A program made the translations under genes and the position numbers. Below the pieces are notes generated by a model, which saw nothing but the letters and a program-made list of their open reading frames with translations, had not been told where the DNA came from and did no database searches. Positions 56,052 through 64,000 of a DNA stretch of 64,000 nucleotides are shown one piece after another. How positions within the stretch are numbered: position 1 is the first letter of the stretch; every line of letters begins with the position of its first letter. The DNA comes from a bacterium (GTDB lineage: Bacteria > Patescibacteriota > Minisyncoccia > Phycocordibacterales > UBA9973): NCBI GenBank assembly GCA_037127795.1, contig JBAXXQ010000001.1, forward strand, positions 6,842 through 70,841, written 5' to 3'.

Positions 56052-56083
56052 CAAAAAGCCCGTAACTAGTACGGGCTTTTTGT
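56052..56083 (-). terminator. Terminator of clpP
   Basis: The hairpin aaaagcccgtaactagtacgggcttttt has a T-run on the minus strand. Confidence 0.6.
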
Positions 56084-56096
56084 GAAAAATACATTA

Positions 56097-56687
56097 TTAT
56101 TTTACTGTACTTGCCTTGGTAATTATCGCATCGATAATACCGTATTCTTTTGCTTCTTTTGAAGTCATAAAGAAATCACGCTCCATATCTTTTTGTACTT
56201 GAGCGAGTTTTTGTCCAGTGTTTTTTGCAAAAATCTCATTAAGGCGTTCTTTGAGTTTGATTACTTGTTTTGCAGTAATTTCAATATCGGTAACCTGCCC
56301 TTCAAAACCTCCGTGTGGTTGATGAATCATAACCTCAGCATTTGGAAGTGCATATCTCTTACCCTTTGCACCACCTGCGAGCAAGTGTGACCCCATAGAA
56401 GCGGCCATACCTACACAAATAGTAGATACATCTGGTTTTACAAAATTCATAGTATCAAGAATAGCAAGACCAGCTGTTACAGATCCACCAGGAGAGTTTA
56501 TATACAAACTAATATCCTTTTTAGGATCTTCGTTGGCAAGAAACAAAAGCTGGGCAATAACCAGATTTGCTACTTGGTCATCAATTGGACCACCGAGGAA
56601 AATAATGCGTTCTTTTAAGAGGCGAGAGTATATATCATATGCTCGTTCGCCCATATTTGTTTTTTCTATAACTGTTGGTATTAACAT
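56097..56687 (-). CDS. clpP: ATP-dependent Clp protease proteolytic subunit
   Basis: 196 aa with [24 protein letters not shown], the catalytic Ser motif GMAASMGS and His/Asp residues. Confidence 0.9.
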   Translation of the reverse strand: MLIPTVIEKTNMGERAYDIYSRLLKERIIFLGGPIDDQVANLVIAQLLFLANEDPKKDISLYINSPGGSVTAGLAILDTMNFVKPDVSTICVGMAASMGSHLLAGGAKGKRYALPNAEVMIHQPHGGFEGQVTDIEITAKQVIKLKERLNEIFAKNTGQKLAQVQKDMERDFFMTSKEAKEYGIIDAIITKASTVK

Positions 56688-56708
56688 ATGGTTTTACTAT
56701 ACGATTAA

Positions 56709-56736
56709 TTGACTTTTTTTGCAAAAAGCATAGAAT
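56709..56736 (+). promoter_or_regulatory. Strong sigma-70-like promoter for a small plus-strand ORF
   Basis: TTGACT, a 16-nt spacer, then TAGAAT, located 20 nt upstream of the ATG at 56756. Confidence 0.5.
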
Positions 56737-56755
56737 TTGTAAAAATATATTTGCC

Positions 56756-57070
56756 ATGGTACAGACAATACGCATTATCAGACTACGTCCTGAATGTTCT
56801 TTACTAAAGAATATTTTCTCGTTTAATTTTGCCTTGTACAACCAAGAGCAAAGATTTAACAACATTATTTTACTTGCATATGATAGACTCACAAAATACT
56901 CTGTCAATTATGCTGTAAAGAGAGAAGCATTCTTTAAAAAATTACTAAAACTTGATTTTATTTCAAAAGAAGAAAGAGATAAAATACTTGTACTTAAAAA
57001 TAGTACAAGTGAACATGACTACGACTTTGTTGAAGTAGAAGAGTGCGAGGAAATCCCTCGCCAAGTTTAA
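56756..57070 (+). CDS. Small hypothetical protein between clpP and tig on the opposite strand
   Basis: About 104 aa (MVQTIRIIRLRPEC...), bracketed by a good promoter upstream and the terminator at 57076-57112 downstream. Confidence 0.35.
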   Translation: MVQTIRIIRLRPECSLLKNIFSFNFALYNQEQRFNNIILLAYDRLTKYSVNYAVKREAFFKKLLKLDFISKEERDKILVLKNSTSEHDYDFVEVEECEEIPRQV

Positions 57071-57075
57071 AACAA

Positions 57076-57112
57076 AAAGCCCCCCGATGTATAACACGGA
57101 GGGCTTTTTTAT
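57076..57112 (+). terminator. Rho-independent terminator
   Basis: The sequence aaagccccccgatgtataacacggagggctttttt. Confidence 0.6.
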
Positions 57113-57121
57113 TTTCTTTTT

Positions 57122-58183
57122 TTATTTACCTTCCAAGAAGTCAAATACTTTTTCGTTGGTGAGTACCATCTCGGCATATACTTCTGCGCGACTTGCGTCT
57201 GCACCAGGGTACATACTGATAAGTGTTTGCGCGTGTGCTTTTACTTCTTCTTCACTTGGTGCAAGCTTTTCTTGTTTTGAAATAGAAAAGAGTACGAGCT
57301 CTGTTTTTGCACGCTTGATAGCTTCATCGCGATATTCTGCTTTTATTTCTTCACGAGTCTTTTTTGTTTCTGCAAGATATTGGTCGAGTGTGAAACCAGT
57401 ACGTGAAATATCTGCTTCGATTTGTGCAAGCATTTTGTCTTGCTCAGATTCAATGAGGAGCTCTGGGAGCTCACATTCTGAAGCTTCTGTAAGTGCTGAA
57501 ATAACTTTTGCACGCCATTTATCCTTTGTTTCCATCTCTTTTTCGCGAACAAGGTTTTCTTTGATCTTATCTTTCATTTCTGCAACGTTTGCAAATGAAC
57601 CAAAAGATTTTGCGAATTCATCGTTTACCTCAGGGAGCTCTTCTGTGTGATCATGTGCTGCTGGTGCTTCTGTTTCACCTTCGATTGTTTCATGGTTGTG
57701 TACATGGCCGTATGCACGCATTTCACGCAAATCTTGAATAACCTTTTCAACAGCAGATTCTTCTACTGCAGGTACCACTTCTTTTTCTACTTCTTGTGCG
57801 ATTTTTTTGTATTCAGGAAGTTTTATTTCAGGAATAACGGCAGAAGTAATAGTAAAACCAAGCTCATTACCACGAGCGATTTTTGTAATAGATACTTGTG
57901 GGCGACCGATCACTTCGAGCTTTTCATCCATAGCAATCTTTGGATACCATTCAGAAAGAGCGAGCTCTGCCATTTCAGGAAGCACTATCGCATCGTTGAT
58001 ATGCTTTTTTGCAATATCTTCAGGTACCATTCCTTTACGGAACCCATCTATTTCAAGATGTTTTGCAAGGCGAGAAAATGCTTTTGATTCAAATGAAGCA
58101 AATGTTTCCCAATCGATAGTAACAGAGATTTCTATAAGACTTCCAGGAAGTTTTTTGATGTTCGCAGTATATGGTTTTGACAT
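57122..58183 (-). CDS. tig: Trigger factor, short form without a PPIase domain
   Basis: The N-terminal ribosome-binding domain carries the GFRKGMVP signature and there is a C-terminal chaperone arm. At 353 aa it is shorter than the canonical length of roughly 430 aa. The tig-clpP order is conserved. Confidence 0.8.
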   Translation of the reverse strand: MSKPYTANIKKLPGSLIEISVTIDWETFASFESKAFSRLAKHLEIDGFRKGMVPEDIAKKHINDAIVLPEMAELALSEWYPKIAMDEKLEVIGRPQVSITKIARGNELGFTITSAVIPEIKLPEYKKIAQEVEKEVVPAVEESAVEKVIQDLREMRAYGHVHNHETIEGETEAPAAHDHTEELPEVNDEFAKSFGSFANVAEMKDKIKENLVREKEMETKDKWRAKVISALTEASECELPELLIESEQDKMLAQIEADISRTGFTLDQYLAETKKTREEIKAEYRDEAIKRAKTELVLFSISKQEKLAPSEEEVKAHAQTLISMYPGADASRAEVYAEMVLTNEKVFDFLEGK

Positions 58184-58195
58184 AGGGTAAAAAAA

Positions 58196-58597
58196 TTAAT
58201 TAGCTTTTGTTGTATCTGTGGTAATGGTTTTAAGTTCGGTAAGTGAATCAATAAGAGATTGTTTTGCAGTCTTTATCAATTCTTGTGCTTTTTTAACAGA
58301 AAGCACGTTTTTTGGGTCTTTGCTTGGTGACACTAGACCGTCGTGAGCAATAGTAAGGGTGTTTGTCGCATTTTGCAAGAAAGCTGCAGCATTTGTTGTA
58401 TCAAACCCTTTTGCAGTCAATCGGTCTATAGCTATTTGAGTACGAGTAGCAAGATCTGAAAGCTTTTCTATAGTAGCAAGAGGGGAATCAGCCTTTTGTT
58501 CTACAGGAGCAACTTTTACCCCTTCAGCATAGACAAAAGAACCACCAAAAGTGGCAAAAAATGCAATAAATATAATAAAAATAAGTCCTTTTTTCAT
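58196..58597 (-). CDS. Secreted hypothetical protein
   Basis: Signal peptide MKKGLIFIIFIAFFATFGGSFVYA. Confidence 0.5.
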   Translation of the reverse strand: MKKGLIFIIFIAFFATFGGSFVYAEGVKVAPVEQKADSPLATIEKLSDLATRTQIAIDRLTAKGFDTTNAAAFLQNATNTLTIAHDGLVSPSKDPKNVLSVKKAQELIKTAKQSLIDSLTELKTITTDTTKAN

Positions 58598-58686
58598 GTC
58601 TATAGTATACAGTTTTATACAAAAAAAGCTAGCCCTCTGCTTTTTTGAAAACCTGCTATGCTGTAATACAAATAAACCGTACTCGT

Positions 58687-59046
58687 ATGAAACAAATTCT
58701 TTTATTCCTAATCTTTATGATTAGTGTTGGTTTTACCAACAAAGTGTACATTTTTAGTACAGAAAAAGGTGATATATTACGATTTCGTCTTGAAATACAA
58801 CACTCGAAAACTCTTGGGGTAATTATAGAAGTTCAAAAAGAAATTTCTCAAAAAGACCTACAAAGTATAGGTAAAACTGACTATGTAACCATTTTTTATA
58901 CAAAAAATAATGTATTGTATGAAAAATTATTACACATAAACACCGCAATAATTTCTCAACAAACAATCTCATTATCTTTTTTGTGTAAAACACCCACCGA
59001 ATGCCGAGAAATAGGGGAATCTACTATTCAAAAAGTGATACTCTAA
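58687..59046 (+). CDS. Secreted or membrane-anchored hypothetical protein
   Basis: The internal start MKQILLFLIFMISVGF gives a signal sequence. Confidence 0.4.
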   Translation: MKQILLFLIFMISVGFTNKVYIFSTEKGDILRFRLEIQHSKTLGVIIEVQKEISQKDLQSIGKTDYVTIFYTKNNVLYEKLLHINTAIISQQTISLSFLCKTPTECREIGESTIQKVIL

Positions 59047-59054
59047 GAGGGTAC

Positions 59055-59096
59055 AAAAAAATCCCAGAAGGTTTTATACTTCTGGGATTTTCTTAT
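59055..59096. terminator. Bidirectional terminator between convergent genes
   Basis: The sequence aaaaaaatcccagaaggttttatacttctgggattttc. Confidence 0.65.
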
Positions 59097-59116
59097 TTTA
59101 TCTATATTTTACAATA

Positions 59117-59704
59117 CTATTCCTCGAATTTTGGAGCGTATTCTTTGTTGTATCGCTCGCGAGATTCTTGAATTATCTTTATTGCTTCTTCTGGGCCGTG
59201 GAATGTTTCTACTACACTAGTACCAGGTTTTTTCAATGCTTTGTAATTTTCCCAGTAGTAACGAGTTTCTTTTTCCCAGTATTCACCAAGGTCTGTATAT
59301 GATTTTATGTGATCTGAACGTTTGTCTCCAGCAAGCACTGCGATGATTTTGTCATCTACTTCGCCACCGTCGATAAATTTCATTACACCAATAACACGAG
59401 CCTCTGCGACAGATCCAGGAACAAGCGGCTCTGTGATGTTTACAATCTCAACATCGAGCGGGTCATTATCTTCGTCCCAAGTACAAGGGATAGCACCATA
59501 GGTAAAAGGGTAGGCGAGAGATGAGTATCCTACACGATCAAGCTTGAGTTGTCCTGATTCTGTAATAATTTCATATTTATTAATACTTCCTGCAGAAACT
59601 TCTACAAGTGTATTGATAATACCGTCTTCTTCGTGTGCAAACGGAGGAAGCACATGAAGGAGGTTGAGCATGTATTTTGATGGTTTGTGATTTATATTTG
59701 CCAT
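59117..59704 (-). CDS. ppa: Inorganic pyrophosphatase (family I)
   Basis: Contains DPLDVEIV and DDKIIAV motifs and shows PPase-wide similarity. Confidence 0.9.
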   Translation of the reverse strand: MANINHKPSKYMLNLLHVLPPFAHEEDGIINTLVEVSAGSINKYEIITESGQLKLDRVGYSSLAYPFTYGAIPCTWDEDNDPLDVEIVNITEPLVPGSVAEARVIGVMKFIDGGEVDDKIIAVLAGDKRSDHIKSYTDLGEYWEKETRYYWENYKALKKPGTSVVETFHGPEEAIKIIQESRERYNKEYAPKFEE

Positions 59705-59717
59705 AGATATCTATACA

Positions 59718-60929
59718 TTATGCTGTTATGTCTTCTGCGATAAGCTCTGCGAGTGGGATAAAATCTTCGTCTGTAGTTTCACCAGCATCTTCACTTGGTG
59801 TTATTTTATCTTCTGCAGCATCAGTTCCTTTGATGTCGATTTTCCATCCTGTAAGGCGAGCAGCAAGACGTACATTTTGTCCACCCTTTCCGATAGCGAG
59901 AGAGAGCTGATCAGGAAGTACTTCGATAAGTGCTTTGTGTTCTGCTTCATCAAGAGTGATATCAAGTACTTTTGCTGGAGAAAGTGCTTTTTGTACAAAT
60001 TCTGCAGGATCGTTAGAATATTCAATAATATCAATCTTTTCTCCGCAAAGCTCACTCATTACAGTACTGACACGTACTCCTTTTTGACCCACACATGACC
60101 CTACTGGATCAATATTTGAATCATCAGTCCATACAGCAATCTTTGAGCGACTACCTGGCTCACGAGCAATAGCTTTGAGTTGTACAACACCACTTGCAAC
60201 CTCAGGAGACTCATATTCAAAAAGCTTTTCCAAGAATTTTGGATGAGTACGTGAGAGTTTGAGGGTAATACCACGAACAGAATCTTCTACAGCGTAGAGA
60301 TATGCGCGGATACGAGCACCGCGAGCAAAACGCTCACCAGGAATTTGTTCATTGTATGGCAAAATACCTACTGCGCGATTGAAATCCACATATACAGTAC
60401 CGTTTTCCACTTTTTGCACATATCCACTGATAATATCTCCTTCTTTACTACCAAATTCATCGAGCACAGAACTTCGTTCTGCTTCTTTGATGCGCTGCAT
60501 GATTACTTGTTTTGCTGTTTGTGCGGCAATACGTCCAAAGTCATCCTTTTGCTCGAGAGGGAAGACAATTTCTTCGCCAAGAGCTACGTCTGCTTTCAAA
60601 ATTTTTGCATCCTCAATAAGAATATGTTTTTCTTCATTGAAACGCTCAAGAGCACCTTCTTCTTCGGTATTTGTGTGATCAAGTTCTTCTTCTCCTTCAA
60701 AACGAACTGTTGTATCATCTACGACAGTTTTTATTTGTTCAAAAGAAACAGTACCTGAATCAAGGTCTATATGAGAGCGAACGATTTGTCCACGCTTTCC
60801 GTATTCTTTTTTGTATGCAGCAGCAAGTGACTGCTCGATTGCATCAATAAGTTTTTCTCGTGCTATTCGTCTTTCACTTTCTAATTGTTCTATTGCTATT
60901 TTTAATGCTTTTATATCCAACATATTCAA
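59718..60929 (-). CDS. nusA: Transcription termination/antitermination factor NusA
   Basis: NusA N-terminal domain, an S1 domain (GDIISGYVQKVENGTVYVD) and two KH domains (VGSCVGQKGVRV; GKGGQNVRLAARLTGWKIDI). Confidence 0.9.
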   Translation of the reverse strand: MNMLDIKALKIAIEQLESERRIAREKLIDAIEQSLAAAYKKEYGKRGQIVRSHIDLDSGTVSFEQIKTVVDDTTVRFEGEEELDHTNTEEEGALERFNEEKHILIEDAKILKADVALGEEIVFPLEQKDDFGRIAAQTAKQVIMQRIKEAERSSVLDEFGSKEGDIISGYVQKVENGTVYVDFNRAVGILPYNEQIPGERFARGARIRAYLYAVEDSVRGITLKLSRTHPKFLEKLFEYESPEVASGVVQLKAIAREPGSRSKIAVWTDDSNIDPVGSCVGQKGVRVSTVMSELCGEKIDIIEYSNDPAEFVQKALSPAKVLDITLDEAEHKALIEVLPDQLSLAIGKGGQNVRLAARLTGWKIDIKGTDAAEDKITPSEDAGETTDEDFIPLAELIAEDITA

Positions 60930-61057
60930 TTGTGTATTTAATTTTTAATAGAAACGCCCGACCTTTCGGGACGGACGTTTGTATACACATATTAGCACAA
61001 AATACTTTTTTTCACAAAAAATTGTATACATATATATAGTACGCTATACTTATACAT

Positions 61058-61990
61058 ATGAGTAGTACAAAAAAATTACGAGTGTTTCTTTTTTCTCTTG
61101 TTGCGATTTTTATAACAACGTCGATAGTATTAGCGAGCTCAACAGACACCATTTCTGGGTGGGCATGGTCAGGAAATACTGGCTGGATAAAATTAAATAA
61201 TTGTACTGATCCAAACACAGCAAGTACGTGCGACACCAATGCGTATGGTCTCACCGCACCACTTACCGGATCAGGCAATATTACCGGATACGCATGGTCT
61301 TCAAATATTGGATGGATAAATTTTGCAGATAGTAGTTGTCCTACTAGTGGCTGTACTGCTGGTGCAAAAATAAACTGGACTACTGGCAAAATTACTGGCT
61401 GGGCTCGTGCCTGTTCAGTATATGCAAGTGGGTGTAGTGGAACACTCGCAAATACCAACTACCTTGGTGGCTGGGATGGGTATATAAACCTTGGTCCTGG
61501 AAGTAATTGGGGGCTTAGTGTTGATGCTAGTGGAACTATTTCAGGATACGCATGGGGGTCTGATGTTATTGGATGGACAGAATTTAATGGCACAGTAAAT
61601 CTCGCATGCCCTACAGGACAAACACGAATAAATGGAAGCTGTACTCAAATTACTAGCTGTGCAGGGGGGACTGTTAATACTCAGACAAATACTTGCTCAT
61701 GTCCTACAGGAACAACACTTACAAATGGTGCGTGTTTAACAACAATCACCCCATCTGATTGTGTAAACGGCACTGTATCAGGAAATATTTGTTCATGCCC
61801 TACAGGAACAACTCTTGTTGGAAAAATTTGTACAACAATAAACCCTACCCCCCAAAATCCAACCTCTTGTCCTACAGGACAAAAATTAGTTAACAATACC
61901 TGTGTTTGTTCTGATGGAAACACTCCTCCAAGTACAGGACCAACAGCCGGACAATGTCCAAAGAAGCACCCTAGCTATATCGAGTCATAA
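61058..61990 (+). CDS. Secreted Cys-rich repeat protein with GW-type and CPTG repeats
   Basis: Signal peptide, then four repeats of G(W/Y)AWSxN(T/I)GWI(K/N)(L/F), then five C(P/S)CPTGTTL-type Cys-spaced repeats. Confidence 0.5.
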   Translation: MSSTKKLRVFLFSLVAIFITTSIVLASSTDTISGWAWSGNTGWIKLNNCTDPNTASTCDTNAYGLTAPLTGSGNITGYAWSSNIGWINFADSSCPTSGCTAGAKINWTTGKITGWARACSVYASGCSGTLANTNYLGGWDGYINLGPGSNWGLSVDASGTISGYAWGSDVIGWTEFNGTVNLACPTGQTRINGSCTQITSCAGGTVNTQTNTCSCPTGTTLTNGACLTTITPSDCVNGTVSGNICSCPTGTTLVGKICTTINPTPQNPTSCPTGQKLVNNTCVCSDGNTPPSTGPTAGQCPKKHPSYIES

Positions 61991-61991
61991 T

Positions 61992-62306
61992 ATGGAACAA
62001 CAAATACAACAAACCTCATACCATCAAAAAAAGAAAATTGTTTTTACAGCAATAATTATCATACTAGTATTTCTAGGTCTAGGTATCTATTATGTAGTAA
62101 CAAAAAAACACACTACTAACACTCCTGAAAAACCAAGTCTCACTCCAATAGAGACACTACAAAAACTAGATGAGCAGTCTGCTCCTACACTCAAAGATCC
62201 CAACAATCTCGCACAAGCACTGAAGAAAATTAATACAAATACAAAACCTATAAAAGAAACAAGGCAAGATCGTCAAAACATTATTGATGTATTAAATAAA
62301 AAATAA
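61992..62306 (+). CDS. Small membrane-anchored protein
   Basis: Starts at the internal Met MEQQIQQ and has one TM segment (IVFTAIIIILVFLGLGIYYVV). The track ORF start overlaps the upstream gene. Confidence 0.4.
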   Translation: MEQQIQQTSYHQKKKIVFTAIIIILVFLGLGIYYVVTKKHTTNTPEKPSLTPIETLQKLDEQSAPTLKDPNNLAQALKKINTNTKPIKETRQDRQNIIDVLNKK

Positions 62307-62309
62307 TAT

Positions 62310-63143
62310 ATGACAAAACTACCTATACAAAAAATATTAGCAATCACACTCATCACCGCAAGTGCAGCAGGATTATCTTTTGCATATACACCAGCACCAG
62401 CAGGTGGCCCAACAGGGAACAATACTGATGCACCGTTTACTGTAGGATCTTTTTTTGATGTAAAAAATGGAGACCTTGGTATTAATGATACATTTTATGC
62501 AACAGATAATTCATACATAAAAGGTAATACTGCAGTACTCGGACAAATAAATGGGGGACTTGTAAGTGGAGGGCTTAACTCTACAGCAACTATTGGACAA
62601 GCACCAACAATCACAGACGCTGCAGTATCTGGTACGTTTCGATCAAACACTATCCAAGCAGACAGTCTTGTACCAAAAACTGGAGTGACTTACCAAACAG
62701 TAACCACAGGAAAGGGTAATGTATACAATAAAGTATGTACTGATACAACAGGGAAACTTTCTCTTTGTCTTGCAGCTGCGGCAGTAGTAACACCACCAAC
62801 ACCAACTATTACCGATTACACAAAAACAATCATGGGCTCATCTGTAGGATTTTCAACAAAACACGCAGCATGTCTTGCTCTAACATTTGGTGGACAATAC
62901 GGACACAAAATGAATATTCCATTCCCTGTAAGTGGTGATATTATTTATTCATCACCAGCAGGCACAACACCAGTAAATGGAGGAAATAATTGGTATGGCC
63001 TGTTCTATCCAGACACAGCAACAGGTAATGTCTCACACAACTATCCTTATGTAGCACAACTTTCTAGTGCTGGAGTGGTTGGATTATCAAATTCTGTACC
63101 ATTATTAGCATCAGGTCTTCCGGATTGTAGCTTAATTTATTAA
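62310..63143 (+). CDS. Secreted hypothetical protein, a tandem paralog of the next gene
   Basis: Signal peptide (ILAITLITASAAGLSFA). It shares the motif VCTDTTGKLSLC with the downstream gene, which has VCADTNGNLILC. Confidence 0.5.
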   Translation: MTKLPIQKILAITLITASAAGLSFAYTPAPAGGPTGNNTDAPFTVGSFFDVKNGDLGINDTFYATDNSYIKGNTAVLGQINGGLVSGGLNSTATIGQAPTITDAAVSGTFRSNTIQADSLVPKTGVTYQTVTTGKGNVYNKVCTDTTGKLSLCLAAAAVVTPPTPTITDYTKTIMGSSVGFSTKHAACLALTFGGQYGHKMNIPFPVSGDIIYSSPAGTTPVNGGNNWYGLFYPDTATGNVSHNYPYVAQLSSAGVVGLSNSVPLLASGLPDCSLIY

Positions 63144-63146
63144 TAT

Positions 63147-64000
63147 ATGAATAAAAAAAATATCATACAAACAGTATTTGGTATCACACTACTTACAGCA
63201 ACACTTGCTTTTGCGGGATGGAATGCAAATACTAGTACACCAACAGGAGGGAATATGGGTATACCAATAAACACTTCATCAAATACACAAATAAAAGAAG
63301 GTGGTCTTTCTGTGGGGAAATTTGTTGGAATGGGGAATGCCCAATTCAATCAACAATTATTCATGAATGGGTCATTACTAAGCTCTAGTACAACCCTTGG
63401 TATAGGAGATACTACACATGCAGTAAATGTTAATATACCAAACGGGCAAACGCGCGTAGGGTATACCTCTAGTACATCTGGAAACATTACAACCAAAACA
63501 CTCTTGGCTTCTGCTACAAATACTCCTGTGTGTGCTGATACAAACGGAAACCTAATACTTTGTTCTACTACAACCACTACCCCAGGAAGTACAACACCAA
63601 CAACCCCTGCCACCACACCAGAAGTTATTTCTGTGTTAAGCCCTATTTTTGTTGTTACACAAAATATATCACCATCAGGAGAGTGTGGCTGGGCAACAGA
63701 TGGGAATTATTATGATTGTCTTAATAGCACAACATCTTCTATGATTTTTTCTACAAGTACTCCAACAACAGATCCTAATATTTCTGGCAATTTTCATATT
63801 TCTTTCACAAGAGATTTAACAGTTGACACAAACTCAGTTGGTACTATGTATACAACAACATCAAATACAACATACGGGCAAGTGCTTGATATAACAGATA
63901 CTACTGGAAACGTAATATCTTCGGGTGATACAACCTCATTAAAAAATATAAAACTTATAGACGCTTTTCAAGAAAGTGTAGATTCTATAACATTTGATCC
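63147..64000 (+). CDS. Secreted hypothetical protein, 3' partial, paralog of the gene at 62310-63143
   Basis: Starts MNKKNIIQTVFGITLLTATLAFAGWNANTS. The ORF runs to the window edge and shares the N-terminal architecture and the VC.DT.G.L.LC motif with the upstream gene. Confidence 0.45.
   Translation, partial: MNKKNIIQTVFGITLLTATLAFAGWNANTSTPTGGNMGIPINTSSNTQIKEGGLSVGKFVGMGNAQFNQQLFMNGSLLSSSTTLGIGDTTHAVNVNIPNGQTRVGYTSSTSGNITTKTLLASATNTPVCADTNGNLILCSTTTTTPGSTTPTTPATTPEVISVLSPIFVVTQNISPSGECGWATDGNYYDCLNSTTSSMIFSTSTPTTDPNISGNFHISFTRDLTVDTNSVGTMYTTTSNTTYGQVLDITDTTGNVISSGDTTSLKNIKLIDAFQESVDSITFD

Noticed and set aside
1-64000. CRISPR arrays, rRNA genes and transposases
   Set aside because: No short regularly spaced direct repeats, no rRNA-like conserved blocks and no DDE, HTH transposase or reverse-transcriptase signatures were seen in any frame.

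Overview
This is an AT-rich, gene-dense bacterial segment that reads cleanly in the standard code, with no UGA recoding needed. The content points to an ultra-small Patescibacteria/CPR-like genome, but that is an inference. The evidence is many small secreted or membrane-anchored hypothetical proteins, a trigger factor with no PPIase domain, tRNAs with no encoded CCA beside a cca gene, apparently leaderless promoters, and Gram-positive-style secretion parts.

Housekeeping genes recognised: rnhA, recJ, a HIT hydrolase, pgk, tpiA, yidC, rsmA/ksgA, pcrA, a LysM-M23 peptidase, comM/yifB, rpsO, xerC, xth, cca, yraN, a HAD hydrolase, hup, clpP, tig, ppa and nusA. There are five tRNAs: Gly-GCC, Arg-TCG, Pro-TGG, Gly-TCC and Gly-CCC.

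The main accessory feature is a roughly 16.7 kb co-directional minus-strand block at 11253-27950, a type IV secretion-like locus. It has a VirB4 ATPase split by an in-frame TAA, a PrgI/VirB3-like protein, a 1167-aa VirB6-like polytopic membrane protein with a long K/E-rich tail, an NlpC/P60 cell-wall hydrolase, and giant secreted proteins including one of 1283 aa. No relaxase or coupling protein is adjacent; a TraD/VirD4/HerA-like ATPase lies about 30 kb away at 53343-56036.

A type IV pilus module sits at 6528-10475: PilC, three prepilin-type pseudopilins and a 427-aa membrane-anchored protein, directly upstream of tpiA-pgk.

Two variable regions, 33.2-36.6 kb and 44.2-48.7 kb, carry four TrmB-family regulator paralogs. 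The first region shows duplicated divergent modules of small ORF, conserved 33-nt element and TrmB, plus a duplicated structured intergenic element with compensatory stem changes. The second shows a duplicated terminator.

Other items are an orphan MazF/PemK toxin, a compact GC-rich segment of unknown identity after tRNA-Arg, tandem paralogous secreted proteins at the 3' end, and several rho-independent terminators. No rRNA, CRISPR array, transposase, relaxase or reverse transcriptase was seen.
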